DNA of 64,000 nucleotides from Chrysomallon squamiferum (GCA_012295275.1 CM022671.1:19220001-19284000); one strand, 5' to 3'. Counted from the first letter of the stretch, positions 13,118-28,373 are shown. The notes: generated by a model from the letters alone, not told the origin. Program-made: numbers and translations.

Positions 13118-16100
13118 TCAAGTAACATTTATCGAAGTCTGGTATGATGCTGATGTACTCGTCTTGAGAATTTCACGAATTGCCATGGTGGCATAACATG
13201 CTGGTGGCAGGGACACTTCCATAACAAGAGCTTTAAATTTGCCATCTGGAAGAAAATTAAAATGACACAGAATAAACACAGATAATTAATTATAAACGTA
13301 TATAAAAATATGTAATTCTGTAACACTGGATATTTGTTTATTGTATAAAAGCTCACATAAATATGCATAACCCTTAAAGTCTCTCCACTTGCACAACAAA
13401 TCTGGTACTGAATATGGATTTCCCTGTTTCTGTTTAATTAGGTACATATTTTTATTGTTATTTTACTCACTAGTTCAGTAGTTGATTTATAATAACTGTC
13501 GGAAAATTTATATTATCTATTCTGTGCAACTTTCAATAAAGTATAGAAAAAAATAATAAAAACAAATTAAATAAAATAAACATTACTATCTCTCTAATCT
13601 TAAGTGGATGTAAAACATTCATTTTCAATTACCTGATATTTTAAATTTGAAAAATTAGATGCAGATAGTAACCACTGATTGTGTTTTATATTTAGCTGAA
13701 CCTGAGAAAAAATTCCATTATCACTAGCTTTTCTCTAGTAATAATAACTTGAGTAATAAGATAATAACAAGAAGTAGAAATGTCTGGCAATTACCCAGCT
13801 AACATATCAGCAGATTTGCCTAAATATATTTATAGTTGAAATATAATCTAGATAAATTATTTTAATGTATACAAGTAATACATATAAAACTCACCTAAAA
13901 ATGTCAAAATATATTCAAAACACATTTTATTCCTACAGCACTAAATTTTAAAATAGATTTTAGTCAAAGCCAAACAGATACAGATAAAACAATGATAATT
14001 ATACTTGCCCTGTATCTGTTTTGACATTAATATTTATCAGTCAGGTTTAATGGAAAACAATGTAGCTAATGAATATGTCATGAAATAGATGTAAGTTTTT
14101 TTTAAAGAATTAAAATTTTTATTAAACAACAAGAAACAACAACCCAGACACACACAATTAAAACAATTTTATACTTACTTTCCACTGACTCTGGTTCTGG
14201 ATGTTTCTCCATGATGTCCTTGTCACTGATACACAGAGGTACAGTGTAATCATCATAGTGATAGGTCTTCCAAGTAACATTAGATGGTAGAATAACAATA
14301 TGTCGGTAAGTGCCTGGTAGTGAATAATCTCTTAAAACAAAGATAAAAGTTGGTCTTTGTACAATAACTGTGATAATTAAATTAATGTAAACCAGCTTAA
14401 ATTACTGGTTTTCACATTTTACAAGTCTACACAAACTTATTCCTAAAATAAGTATTGTTTATAAGAAAGTTTTGCATACCAAAAAGCACAAACAATAAAA
14501 CCAAACAGCAGTTAATTCCATCATCTACCAGAACAGTCTACAGTTAGCATAAATAAGTACTCAAACACATTTCAGCATAAAATACATTCCAGAGGATGGA
14601 TGTCAAACTGTTCTGTTAATATAATGAAGTCACCAAATTAAGACTATATATTTAATTTTCATGTAATATATCTAGAGACAAAACTTCCCTCTGAAACTGT
14701 TGCCTTAAAAAATGTAAAAGGAAAATAAATAAATTTAAAACTCTCATATGAAATTTAAATAATTAATTACTTACTTGTGATTTTTTTTCATTTTGTTAAT
14801 GTCAAAATCATCCAGTTCCATTATTTGTTTGTACCATTCTGCCACTGCAAAGCAAATTATATAAAATCAGCTTAAATATAAAACTAATATTTATGTCATT
14901 TAACTCTTTTCAGATAAACACACTTGAAAATATATTAAGCTTTTTCAGTTAGAAGTGAGATGGATTCTGACAACTCTGAACACATACTGAAAAATAAAAT
15001 AGTAGTAATAATAATTTTAAAATACACAAAAACCTTCATTTTCAGGGTAGATAACTTGATGGCCTGGCAGTGGAAGAACAACATCAGCCAGTGAAAAGTC
15101 TCCAATGTTGTCAGTATTTAAAACAACTGGTTTCACTTTGACTGCATCCTGATCTGTAATAACATCTTGACAGTCTACAAATAAAGAAAAAAAAAAAGAA
15201 AAAAAAAAAAAGGAAAAAATTACAATCAATATATCTTTGTTTCAAAGGAGTAATTACACATTTGTATCAGTTACAATATATTCAAGAGCAAAAGTTTAAT
15301 CATATATTATTAAAGATTAATGTAAAACTTATGTTTTATCTGGATCATATGTATAAATTAATTTATAAGTGAAAGTTTTATGTTTAACTTCACAAAAACA
15401 TTAATATTTAAAACATTGTTCTTTTAATATTATATGCTATAGTTAACCATACTTTTAAAAAAGGAAATAAATAAAATAAAAAATTAGAAACCCAAAACAC
15501 CATGCATACAACAGTTTTTAAAAAAACCATACAAGATGTATCTTAGGAACCAAAAAATATCTATTGTGTAATTTAATAGGACAAATAAAAAAAAAGGATA
15601 AAAAAACCCAACTATGGCTATAAATATCTACATACCACTGTTTTTCAGCAGTTTGGCATCATTCTTCAACACAACTAAATCACCCAACACTGGTTTATTG
15701 CCCAACATCTTCAGTCTCTTTGACACCATAGAATTCCACACGTAACTCTGATAGGCATGCACATACATTAGTCTTGTGTTTCTGGCAATCTGAAAAATAA
15801 TAACTAATTAGAAATATTTCTGTCCATTTCTCATTAGTGATGTAAATAAATAAAACAAATGATAATGTATATTAAAAGGTAAACGACTGACTAAATTACT
15901 GTTCTGTTTCAAGTCAGAGATTCTGGTAAATAAAATGGATGATAATAACAGTATATTGTTTATTAACTGACAAAAAAAGAATAAAATTAAAAAAATAACA
16001 ACATCTCTGTTAACAATTAGCAAAGTAAATAAATAAAACACAACAATTAACACAGATTTCTTAAAAAATATATGTATTTTATAAGCATTCAAGTGAAAGG

Positions 16101-19100
16101 TATATTATGACTTTCGAGTTTATGATAGCTGGAATTAGCTTGGAAAAACTATCAGAAGTTCAGGATATGAAAAAAAAAAAATTATTTGAATAAATAATCA
16201 AAGTTCAAATTACCTGAGACAAAGCAGCAGAAAAATTCCTTTCTCCATATTTCTGTAAAGCTCTCTGAAGTGTTTTCTCAATGTGTGAAGTTTCAAATGA
16301 TTTAGCACAGCTCCCTGGTACTGTTTCAAAATCCCAGATTAAATTTAATAGTTAACATTACGGAAACAACAGATACCCAAATATAGCACAAAGAGCACAT
16401 TTTCATTTTTTTTTATTTTTTTTTATTAAACAGACATTTTCAGCAAATAGTTTTAATTTGGTAATGAAACATCTGGTACTAATTGTATTATAACATTTCT
16501 TTCTGCAACGTAGAGATTACAACATTCATATCTTCAAAACTCCTCATGACTAATCAGTGTAACAAAATCTAAAAAATGTAAAAAGCAAGGAAACCAATAT
16601 ATCTGGAGTAATTCTAATTGCAAAACAAATTCAGACATTGTATCCATGCAACATGAATTTAGAAAGACAATGAAAAAAAAAAAAAAAAAGAAGAAAAGAA
16701 TATTTAATAAAAAAATGTTATGGGTAGCTATTACATATCACACATTTTTTAAATTATTATATTTTTTGTTTTTTATTCATTCTTTTTAAGTTAGCAGCAA
16801 GTTTTTTTTTTTATATACACAGCCTCTGTCAGACAAGACAATATAAACCACGGTCTTTAATAAAGTAGTGTTATGGTAGGCCTACTCTCTGGAACAAGAA
16901 ATGATCTTTAAAACAAATCAAGAACTGATCTTCAGTAGGCAATCATTTTAACTAATAAAGTCTACCCCATGAAAGATGAAATCAGTGTTACCAAAATATT
17001 TATTATTATTCCATTTGATTCTTATTGGATACAGGTAATTTATTTTAAAAAACACCTCCTATGAAACAAAATAAAATAAAATCTGCTTAAAGTAACAAAC
17101 CTTTCTGACTTGGCCTTAGAATAAGTTCCACTGCTTCTTCCCAATTACTATGAAGTAAAGCTCTGAAATGTAATTTTTATGTAGTTATTGTATTTTTTAT
17201 TATTATGAGAATAACAATGATACTGTTAAAATGAAATGCCATTACAAACTAAATACATTAGAATAAGATTTTAAATGTTAACAAACATATAGCGACCTCA
17301 TTAAATCAGTGATGAAAATTAGATGATTTACAGTAAATCATCCCCTCTAAATTTACTTGAATGAACAAGTATTTTCATGGTAGAATGCATTAAATAGTTC
17401 AGATTTATTTCCCTTCTAAACAAAATTAGATTCATTAATAAAATTACAAAAATGCTAACCTGCCAACATGGTGTGTTGGTATTGACGTTGTTCCAAATCG
17501 CTGCATTCCAAAGTAATTTACAAAGCCATTGTTTTTCAATGAAGTCATTGCTGCCTCTACTTGGTCATTACTACCAGTAACATTTCTACACAAACAAAAT
17601 CAAATAATTTAGTCGTAATACATTTCTTGAATTTTCTTCTTGTTGCTTTAGCTACAATGACATTTTAATTTAATCTGTGTAAAATTCATTCTATGAATTT
17701 TTAACTATTTATAATTAATATATTTAAGAAAATGTTTAATTATGACATTATTTGTAACAGTAACAGTGAGAATAGTCAGATTTTTAAACAAATTCATCAA
17801 TATAACTGATGTATACACAATATTATTCTTAAATACACATTAATCATCAAAAAGTAAGATAACATGCAGCATTTGTTACCTGAGAACTATGATAAAGTGA
17901 TTTCCATTCAGCTGTGCTAAGGCAATATTTTCTTTTTCATACCTTTAATAAAAATAAAACAGAAAATGTTAAAAAAGAAATTATTTTGATTTCACTTGTA
18001 TGGTATTTTTCTTCAATTCAGTTAAAGAATTTTTTTTTTTTTTAACTATAATTAGAAAGGCCATCTACTGATGTCAGTGTTTATATGAAAACGCCTCAGT
18101 AATGTTTCAGATGTCATATTTATATTCATTTTATAATCTGACTCTGGATTCTTTTATGTTTTAAGAGTTAAAGCATTATTTAAAATTTCTGTTTGTTCCA
18201 ATGTTATACCTGAAATTACCCAACACTATTTTGTTCAGTCGGCTGTTTAGACTGTGTAATTTTTTTGCATCCACTCTGAAAAAAAGGCAACAATATAAGT
18301 ATCTACATGTATCTTGAAAACTACACATAATTTTTCATTTAATTTTGACAACAAACATTTGTATTATAAAAATCATATATGAAGATCTAAACTTTCAGTT
18401 AAAAGGATGGTTTAAAAAAAAATAATAATAATAAAAAAGCACAACAAAAAATATTAGAACAAGTGGAAGATTTCACAACACTGTTTTTTCATATTATTTA
18501 CATTAAAAAATCTATCAATTTCCCTTATTATGTTTTTTGATTTCTTACTTATAAGCACTGACATTTTGGGATGTTTTTGCTCGTTTGTCCTTTGTGCCTG
18601 CATATTGAAAAATATTTGTTTTTGTTCTGAAATAAGAAAATTTATTGATTCAAAGTCAGCTTATTAATTATATATAAATTATTAATTTTGAATACATATT
18701 GTGCTGGGATATTTGTCCCACAAGTAATTTACCAATGTCTGCAATTTTAACTTTGCTATGCTTGAAAAGATGCATATATAAAAAAAAAAAAAAAAAAAAA
18801 ACTAACAATTCAGTTACAATAACTCCAGAAACAGTCACAACAGATATCATACTTCATTTTGGCATTATGTTACAAATATATGTGTACATTTAATAACCTT
18901 TAATAATAAAGCTTTAACCGTTAGACATTTAGATCTGTTATATAAACCTAACTGTCATATCCAGCTGTTGTATGCAGGGATACATAAAAAATATTTAAAT
19001 ACACAGATATTAGTTATAAAATACGTATGTTCAATCATATCTGAGAAAACATAAAAATTATTTTCTAAAAAATGGGCAAATAAAAACACTGCCAAAACAC

Positions 19101-21439
19101 TTAAGCTCTTTATCATTAAATCAGTTTCCTATAAAAATGTGTAAGTAATAATACCAGTTTTAAAATAAGCTAACTGACCGGAGAAATTTGGCCATGAGGT
19201 TGACAGCTTCCATAGTTCCAATACCTTCCTTGTACAACACAAAGTGACAGTATGCACCTCTGTTAGATGGCCATCTTGATTCTGATCTCTGGTTACCTGT
19301 GAAACAAATTGGACTTTAAGCATCATTTAAAGATATAGATCCAAAACAATTTAGGATCATTATATCTCTGTAAGACTGTAAAAAATATTGGATTTAAAAT
19401 AGTACACTAAAATAATGTTAGGAGAATACGCAAATTAATTATTTTTATAGTAACAATTAAAGAAATGCCCTTTTCCAATGTTGATAATAATGGGTTAAAA
19501 GAAATAAATGAATATCAAAGAATAATTTAAAATAATTTACAGAGTAATGTCTTATACTGACAAGTCGAGATTTTTTTTTTTAATTTATGATTATAAATTA
19601 TAACATTCTCTAGCACTGACAATGTTTTAAAACCATGAATATGTGTCTGTATACCTGTTTCTGTTTTCATTAAAGTAATAACAAGAAGAATAGAAAGTAA
19701 GTCATTTTATTATTTTTTATTTTTTTTATTTTAATGAATTTATAAATCCTTACCACCTTTTGACTTGAGGGTGATTTTAATACAAGATTTTTCTTCATTT
19801 GTTTTCTCTGTATTGCTGTTTACTTGAGGAAAATGCTTCTTTATTTCAAGATGAATTTTCTTTCTAGCTTCCTTGTCAGAATCCACCTGACATTATGTAA
19901 CAAAACAGGCAAAAAAAAAGAGCAAAGCATTAACAAATAAATTGTCAGCATATCCATCACAATTAATCAGTTATATTTACTGATAGACGTATGTTAGAAT
20001 TAACTTGTATTTGGGTGTCATATATAATTAAGAGAAACTATTTAATTAATAACTTTCATTATTTTAATTTTATACATAAAACTATAATGTTGTGTGATGA
20101 TTTTTTTTTTAATTTTACAGAAATAATAATGATTGAAATTTTAATTTCAGTTTTTAGTAGCAAATTTATGACTGACACAATGACTTTTTCAAATAAAAAA
20201 TACATCCCATAGAAAAATGAAAGAAAATTTCATCTAAAATCATTTACATTGGTGGTTATTTGGCATTACACAAACATTTAAGGATCACATTTTTTTTTCA
20301 ATTAGCAGTTCTGAAGAAGATTATCTATTACATTCACTGGTCTACAGCCAGGAAAAAAACATACCATGGCTTGTGATAAATCAAATTTAGATTGGCAACG
20401 AACAGATTGTATAGGTCTTCACCTGTCATCACTGTTAACATTAAAAATCAACTCACCTGAATACAATAACTGGCCTGTGTGTCTCCACTGTCAACAATTT
20501 TCTGAATTTCTGCAATATCATTCTCGGTTAGTGTGTTTGGTTCAGAAGAATCACAACTCTGAAAGTGATATTAAATAAAAACAAATCATTTAATTAATAT
20601 TTAAACAGTAGTGAATTGATATCTGAATGTTAAAAACTATTTCTACATACATTTGTACATTTTATAACTATGAAAATTTATTATAAATTTTTAAAACCTT
20701 TGTCTTTGGCAATGGTTCATCTAGAGGTAATTCTGTTGATGTTAAACGAACTATCTGACCTTCAGTATTAATCTCGTTGACAATAAAGTCTGAGTACCTG
20801 AAAAAAATAGTATTAACAATTATACAGTTGCACATTTGAATGTAAAATCCCCACTCCAAGCTAATATGCAAATACATATATGATATAAAAAAAAATTAAT
20901 CATTAAATTAAGATAAAACAGTTTACTAGAAGTATAAATATATTATAATAACCAAATAATAATCTTCATTTCATGGATTCATGTGCATTCTGTAATACTG
21001 GCATATTAATAAAGAGATAACAGTTTGCCAAAAATAAATAATTATACTAAAAAAATAATAACCTTTGCTTTATAATTGCACTAAATCCTTCATGACTACT
21101 GATGTACTCTGTGATACCAACATCTTCTTCACAGACATGACCTAGATGGACATCTTGAGTGTCATCAACAGTACACTCTTCTTCTTTACCTGTACTTCTG
21201 CCATTACTATGGGAAATTTGTTTTCCTGATGTACTGTTGTTGTGATTATCTTCCACATCAATATTTATATCTTCTGTTAGTTTTTCTTGGTCAGATTTCA
21301 AATTTTCATCACAAGAATGAATTATAGGTGACAAATTGACCACTGGTTTATTTACTATCTCAAGGACAGAGAGTTTTGCTTTCTTAACGGCTGGTTCTTC
21401 AGTAGCTGAATCAACAAAGTCAGCCTCCATTACTGGCAT
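13118..21439 (-). CDS. PUS7: Pseudouridylate synthase 7 (TruD family)
   Basis: About 16 exons. The first coding exon 21063-21439 encodes MPVMEAD...[23 protein letters not shown], followed by YSDFIVNEI. Catalytic motif [15 protein letters not shown] (~18550-18627), [12 protein letters not shown] (~17460-17586), [19 protein letters not shown] (~15636-15789), DVVLPLPG and [11 protein letters not shown] follow. The last exon 13118-13245 encodes [17 protein letters not shown]...*. A probable non-coding first exon ends near 22353. Confidence 0.96.
16820..16960. mobile_element. Possible degenerate SINE fragment in a PUS7 intron
   Basis: CAGACAAGACAATATAAACCACGGTCTTT...CTGGAACAAGAAAT resembles, from memory, the core of gastropod tRNA-derived SINEs. 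Not verified by search. Confidence 0.3.
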
Positions 21440-22261
21440 GTCTGCAAAAATAAAAATAAACATATGAAGCAAAACTTGTTAATGTCTTTGTAAAAAATCA
21501 AAAATGATAGTTAAATGCTGTAGGTTTAAAACAAAATTGAGAGCAACCATTTACATAGTATGTTTAATTACTGTGATTTATAAATAAAAAATGTTTTTTT
21601 AAAATCCATGATCAAGGATAACATCACTGCTGAAACAGTTTGATCTTCACAACATTCAGAAATATTGTAACTGAATGAATTTTCAGACTAAAACATTGAA
21701 GTAGCTATAAATTTTCAGCATATTAAATATCCATTATTGTTTAATAGGAACAGTCACAATGGTAAATTTAATTAATAATTTTAAGAAGACATCAGACAGG
21801 TTTTTGTGTATCCTGGGCTGCCTTTGTCTTACAGAACCACCTACTCAGCCAGTAATGACGGAGCTAGTTTTGAACAGCTAAATACAGTTGAATTCTCTGT
21901 TAAATTAATTTTCACAAATATTTTTTATATTAGTAATTGTTTTGTTTTAGTTGTATTTTTAAGAATATAAACAAAAATCAAGTTGTGATATCATACCATC
22001 TGGTTTTAGATGTCGAAAGAATAAAGAGAAAAGTATGTTTATATCAATGAAAGGAAATCTAGTCTAAGGCAAGCAGAATATCAAAATTAAATAAATAAAA
22101 TAATATAGATTTAAGTCACACAAACTGCATTTATCACGGGTTAATGAAATGTATATTACTTATTAGTAAAAGTTTAGAACACTGCTATTAGTATTACAGT
22201 AACAGTGGCATAATCTTACATGTACAGCATATATTGGTAGAACCTATATATATAATATATG

Positions 22262-22265
<4 letters not shown>

Positions 22266-22348
<83 letters not shown>
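22266..22348. repeat. (GA)n microsatellite, ~41 units
   Basis: Perfect dinucleotide run, directly visible. It sits just inside the putative first intron of PUS7. Confidence 0.98.
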
Positions 22349-22351
<3 letters not shown>

Positions 22352-22760
22352 CTTGCCGATGTGGCACTACTCTGCTCGTTATATTATATATAAAAATCGT
22401 AATTGCTCAAGTATCCACATTCGCCACGATTCGGGCTATTAATAACTATTAATGGAATTGTGTTGGACCCTTTAGAGTTTTGTCAAAAGCTGGTTATTTG
22501 TGCAAGCATTAAGTTGTTCGCAGTCTTCTGGAGGAGTTTACACAGGAAGATTATTATGAGAAAAGAAGACACTTCGTAATAACTTATACTTGAAGTTAGT
22601 TCCTAATCCTTTTTCTGTAATAATTTTCTACACTTTTTCTCCACCCAATACTAGATGATCATTCCTCCTAAATGCTAACTGATAAATATTTACATTTTAA
22701 ACCGCAAGTGGCAGGTTTTCCTTATTCCAACACGTGCTGTATACGAACAACTAACTTATA

Positions 22761-22957
22761 CTGGTTTTCGTAAACATTTTCCTCCACTGATAGCATGTAA
22801 ATAGGTCTACGTATGCCCTGTGACTTAATTTCCTCCATTTTGTAAGGTTTAAATCTGTATTTGTGTTTTTATGGCTACACAAAATAAAATGGAGGAAATC
22901 AAGTAACACAGGCCCATTTACATGTTATCAGTGAAGGGAAATGTTTATGAGAACCAG
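22761..22957. mobile_element. Palindromic MITE-like element flanked by TA
   Basis: The left arm CTGGTTTTCGTAAACATTTTCCTCCACTGATAGCATGTAAAT...TTTCCTCCATTTT is the imperfect reverse complement of the right arm AAAATGGAGGAAA...ATTTACATGTTATCAGTGAAGGGAAATGTTTATGAGAACCAG. TA lies on both sides (22759-60, 22958-59). Confidence 0.75.
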
Positions 22958-24069
22958 TACAAATGCTCTGGGCAATTACGATTTAATTTTAATTATTTCC
23001 ATTTTAGAAATAATTAAAGCAGAAAAAAATATCATGTTAAATATGATTATTATTTTAAATTTATCATATTATTCTAGAACTTAAATTGTCGGTTTGTCTG
23101 TACACACATACGCGCATACGCGCATACACGCAAAATGCTCGTTTGTGACTGCAAATTTATGACAATAAATATTAGTATGTGTAATAAATGAAAAAGTGTG
23201 GAGTATATAAAATCAACGATTTTCATTAGTCAGCCGTGGAAGGACCAATGTACCCAGTGTGGATATAATAATTTTAAAACTACTAGTACTTTCATGGAGG
23301 GCGATAAACTCCGTTTCTTAAACGTTGGCATAAATAAACTTTTTGTTCATTAAAGGACGAAATGTCTTTATTAAATTCACTTCTGAATTATTTAGTATCG
23401 AGCCGCACGATCCAGTGGCAGCCGTCAGATGCATGAGAATATGAGAGTTAAAACACGATTTCATAATCTTTTTTTAAATATTATTACAACCGGTTGCCAA
23501 TATTAAATACAGTATTTTATGGAGGGTAAAAAAACAAAACAAAAAACAAACAACGAAAAGAATAAATTATCAAATTTTTCCTTTAATACTGATGGTGTGT
23601 TTTGGACATTTAGTGCCAAGAGATGAAAAAGGGTCTATTAATTTGAAATCATTTCGACTGAGCGAGATAGGCGCTATAACATTCTGACACATCTAAATGA
23701 TTTGTACATACATATATTGCCAACACATTTAACAGCATCATTGTTTTTACAAGTGGACATTTGAACAAGGTCCATGGATGTTCTGTTGTCTTTTTATTTA
23801 TTTATTTTTTACATGAAAGATATATCCTTCACAACAAGAGACACACGAAAAATAAAGGAGAATTTTTTTAATTAACATAAAGTGATAGAAATTATAACTG
23901 CATTTCAGTTGTAATGATAAATCAGTTAATAACTGAAACAGGTTGGATTCAGTTACGAATATGTAAAATGAGCACTAGAAAATAAGTTTTGGTTAATACA
24001 GTGATTAATTAGAATAAATGAAAACAAATTTCAATACCCATAATCATTTTAACGAACAACACGATAAAA

Positions 24070-24104
<35 letters not shown>

Positions 24105-24337
24105 AACAATTCTTAACAAGTACAACTGAATAATGCAACATTAATTTATAGTTTTTGTCAAATAATTATAATTTTATTTTCCTTGCGGACTTTTTCTTTA
24201 TGTACTAGAAGTAAAACTTTCTTCGATTAAACGCCTGCAATTTCAGTAGTGTTGTTGTTATTGATTAAAAGGTGTGGCAATGAAAAATACCCGTTTCCGC
24301 AGCAAAATATATATCGAGGGTATCATTTCTTGTTTTC

Positions 24338-25478
24338 TTATGACTTTTTGCTTGTCTTTTCTGCTTTTTTTGAATCTGGTGGATTAGACTGAGCATAAGC
24401 ATTTACATCGTATGGTTTTGTTATTGATACAACTTTTTCTTTTTTCTTAAGATACTCTTTATTTGCTTCATAATTTTTTCTGATTGCACTCTTCGTCATC
24501 TTTTTGTTTTTTGTTTTGGATGAATAAGGAATCAAGGACTGCATTGTGCAAAGGGGAGGACCAGATATTTGAAAATCTAATCCTTTCTTCACTAATCTGT
24601 GTTCTCCAGTTTCGGGATCTTTACTCTTCCAGGCATAGCTATAGAATGTGCGGATGTAACCGACAGTAAATTTATACAAGACATCATTCATTGTGTTTAA
24701 TACACCACGTCTCATCCATACTGTGCCATTTCGCTTGATGATATCATGCACTTCTTGAGCCACTTTTACATCTTTCAGCATGAACTTGTATATTCCACTA
24801 GTCATACCATGGTACGCTTCTTTGTAGTACACAGCATATATCCGTTTCTTATCAGGCAGTCTCACTCCAATTTCGTAAATTGAACGAAGACGGCGATAAC
24901 CATAGAAAAGTTTCTTCTTTAAAAACCCTGCACCTCTTCGACGTTTTCGCCACACTGATTTCTTGGTTAATGTGTTTGGTGGTTTAGGAGGAGGCTTTGG
25001 ACAAACTGCCAAATGCCAAGGAAACCAAATAACATGCGTATCCAAAGGGCAGGGATTGTTGGATATATTTGATCCAAGTCTGAATTTTATATCTCGTACA
25101 TTCTCCCGGTATATTCTAGTTACTTTTGAACCCTGTGTTAAAACAATAAAATTCAGAAAATAATATATGTATGATATTAGTATTTTTGAAATTAATTTTA
25201 TATCTTTATAATTGCCGAGAAATCATTGGTACTAAAAAAAAAAAATGACGCAAACACATAAACACAAATATATACGAACATGTAAAAAACCACAAAAAGC
25301 ACACGCACATGCACGCACGCACACATAAACACACACAGCCGTTTACGAGGTAATCTGATAATAGTTTTTAACAATGTACAATATTTACCGAAAATACTTG
25401 ATATTGTATATTCAATCGAGATTCATCACGTGTTTTGGTTCCAAGTTCTCTTTCTATCAGTTTACTTTTAGAAGTCAT
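24338..25478 (-). CDS. Uncharacterised basic protein, paralog A (~294 aa), putative degenerate GIY-YIG/ET-like domain plus Lys-rich tail
   Basis: Coding exon 25389-25478 (MTSKSK...QVFS, 90 nt, GT donor) splices in phase 0 to exon 24338-25132 (CAG acceptor), which contains the 235-aa ORF. A probable non-coding exon lies upstream (donor AAG|GTAAG at 25969/25968). About half the core residues are identical to paralog B. Confidence 0.85.
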
Positions 25479-26064
25479 GTTTTTTTCTGCAAATAAACAG
25501 TGAAGGATATATTGATAAATAAATGCATGCATAAAGGTAAGAAAAGAATGTATACATAAAAATAACAGAAAATAAATTCGTTTTTAAGATATTTTGTTTT
25601 GAAAATAGTATTCTCGTCTATAATGACGATAATTTTGTTGTTGTTTTTGTTCATGTTATTGTTGTGTTATTGCTGTAGTTTTTTCTTTCAACCAAAATCC
25701 TTCGAATACTAATCAAAATAAGTGATTTTGACTATACAACAACGTACACTTTGTTTTCATCGGTACAGTTCCAAAAATATCCATTAGAAATAGTAGTCTC
25801 CAGCGCTCACATTTTTATATATATATATATATATATACATTATATAGCATTAATACTGTTGTCTCATTATATTTTTTTATAAATTTTATTAGCTGATTCC
25901 AAAAATAAATCTATTTATTCGTCTTAGGTTTAGTGTTATCGCTACGCATCATTAACTGATCTTCTTACCTTTTTAAATTGATGTAAAATTCACAAACATC
26001 TTTTGAACCAGTTCTATATTCGTGTCTTTCTGAACATTTTTCCTGCTTATGATGTAATAGTGAT

Positions 26065-26074
26065 ATGACGTCAT
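26065..26074. promoter_or_regulatory. Perfect CRE palindrome ATGACGTCAT upstream of paralog A
   Basis: 10-bp palindrome containing the TGACGTCA consensus, ~100 bp upstream of the first splice donor of paralog A. Confidence 0.6.
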
Positions 26075-27073
26075 AATTCAAACTTTTATTGCCATTTCAG
26101 GCTTTTTCTCTTTCATTTAATTTCCATTATTTATTTGCTAAATACTGTATTTATTGTTGTTACTTTTATTATTAATATAAAATATGATTGTTTTAATATT
26201 AAGTACAAACTAATATTTAATTTTATTATGACAAAATCGGAACATTAATATATTAATTCTCATATTTCTCTTTTTCTATTTCTATTTCTCCATCTCTAAT
26301 TTTCAGTGTGCATGTGTATGTGTGTCGGTGTGTGTATATACATGAATGTATGTATGTATGTATATATGTAAGTACGGATGTGTGTCTGTTTTATGTATGT
26401 ACGGACATGATGGATTAATGGACTGAAGGTAGGACAGATGGATGGACTGCTACATGGAAGGATGTATAATTTATATGCAAGAGATGAATGCAAATTAAAT
26501 GCACAAAAGACAAAACTAATTTTTATTTGCTAATCTTTATTATGAGATTATAGCAAATTTTGCAAAATGATTTATTTTATAATAACTATAATAAGAAAAT
26601 GAGAATAAAAGTTGAAAAAAAAAAATGCAGCAAACAAACATCATAGAAAGAATACAGAAATAATTAACCCTGTCGAGACAGATCTTTCTTGTTAGTCTTG
26701 TTAGACCAGTAATGGCAATTATAAAGCGACCTAACATCGTATTATCGATGTAGTTACCAAAACATTTATCAACCTGTAATGTATATTCCAGTCACGGCCC
26801 TTTACAATTTGATTTTCAGCGAGTATAAATACAAACATTTCCGAAAGCCCGATTTTAACATACCTGATTCTTATAACATAAAACAACTGACATATTACAA
26901 TGGGTAAAATATTAGTTTTTACTGTATTCGACTCCATTGATAAAAAGTACCATTCTTTCATGGATAATATCAAGAAAATGGACTTCCCAGATATTAGAAA
27001 AAAAAAAAAAAAGAAAAAAAAAAAAAGATAATATAATAATAAAAAAAACAGTTATGGGGCACTGATTTCATGT

Positions 27074-28373
27074 TCAGATAAGCTGTTTATTCTGTTTTCC
27101 TTGCTTAACAGATGAATTGCTACATTCTGGAACTACTTTTGTCTTTTGACTCCGTTCACTCTTTTCATTTTCTAATCCCTTTTTCGTCTGGCATTTATTA
27201 GCAGCCTTTTGAATTTCCGATACGTTTTTGCTCGATGGGTCGGCATTATTATTTGGCATGTCTAACTTGTTGTTCATCGTTTTTGGTTTTGCGGATTTAC
27301 ATCTGCTAACAACTGTATTCTCAACGTTTTTTATCTGAGACATTTTATTAACTTCTGATTTTGTCTTGCATGATGTTATAGAAGCCGATTTATTCTCGTT
27401 TTGGTTTTGGGTTTGGTCCTTCTGATTCTTTGTTGCTCCTGTGCTCTCAGACTGTGTAATTCCTCCTTCGACGTTTAATCGGACGGCTCCAGAAATAATA
27501 AATCCATCACCTTTTTTCACACATCTGTGAAAGCCGTGTTTTGTTTTCCGTGACTTCCACGCGTAAGAGTAGTGGTTTCTCAGATACTGACGTATTAAGT
27601 TGTACATCATATCACCAGCTACATTTAGCATACCGCGTCTCATCCAGATAGATCCTTTTCGTTTGATTATGTCATCTACTTCTCTTATCACCTGAGGGTT
27701 CTTTATCAAGAATTTATAAATGCTGCCTGAATAGCCGTTACGAGTAAATTTGTAGAAAACGGCATAAATTTTTTTTCTTCTTGGCACCTTCACACCGATC
27801 TCGTATATAGCACATTTACGGCGAGAGGATCTGAAAAGTCTTTTTCTCTGGAATCCGTGGCCGCCACGACGCCGACGCCACTTGAATGCTTTCTTTCTGG
27901 GTCGTGACGGTAGGATAGCCTGAGTCCATGGGTACCATTTGATGTATTTATTTATCATGCTAGGATTGCTCGGTTTTCTATCTCCCATCTGAAACTGTAT
28001 ATCCTGTAAATCTTCACGACGGAATTTTAAGTTATCCTAATTATAACAAATAGATAAACAAACAGACTGAGAGTCACAAAGGGGGAAAAAAATATGTTAT
28101 CTTAATAAAAGAAATAATAATTTTTATTTATTTTTATTATTATTATTATTATGTTTTTTTTGTGTTAATTTGAGATTTAAAAAATTTAACAGTTACGGTT
28201 TTATATATCTTTATTTGCATACATTACTTTTCCTTTTTACATTAAAAAGGTTAAAATTTCATGTCTGCAGTCATAACGTTTCAAAATGGGTACAATAACC
28301 CCGTGTCTGACAGAAATCTTAGTGTTTGAATTAATGTAAATAAGAAGAATGGAAATATATTAAAATAATGAAA

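Noticed and set aside
20300-20445. Possible C/D snoRNA in a PUS7 intron (GTGATGA on the minus strand)
   Set aside because: No properly placed CTGA D box or terminal stem found.
22234-22452. ORF with an ER repeat
   Set aside because: Translation of the (GA)n microsatellite.
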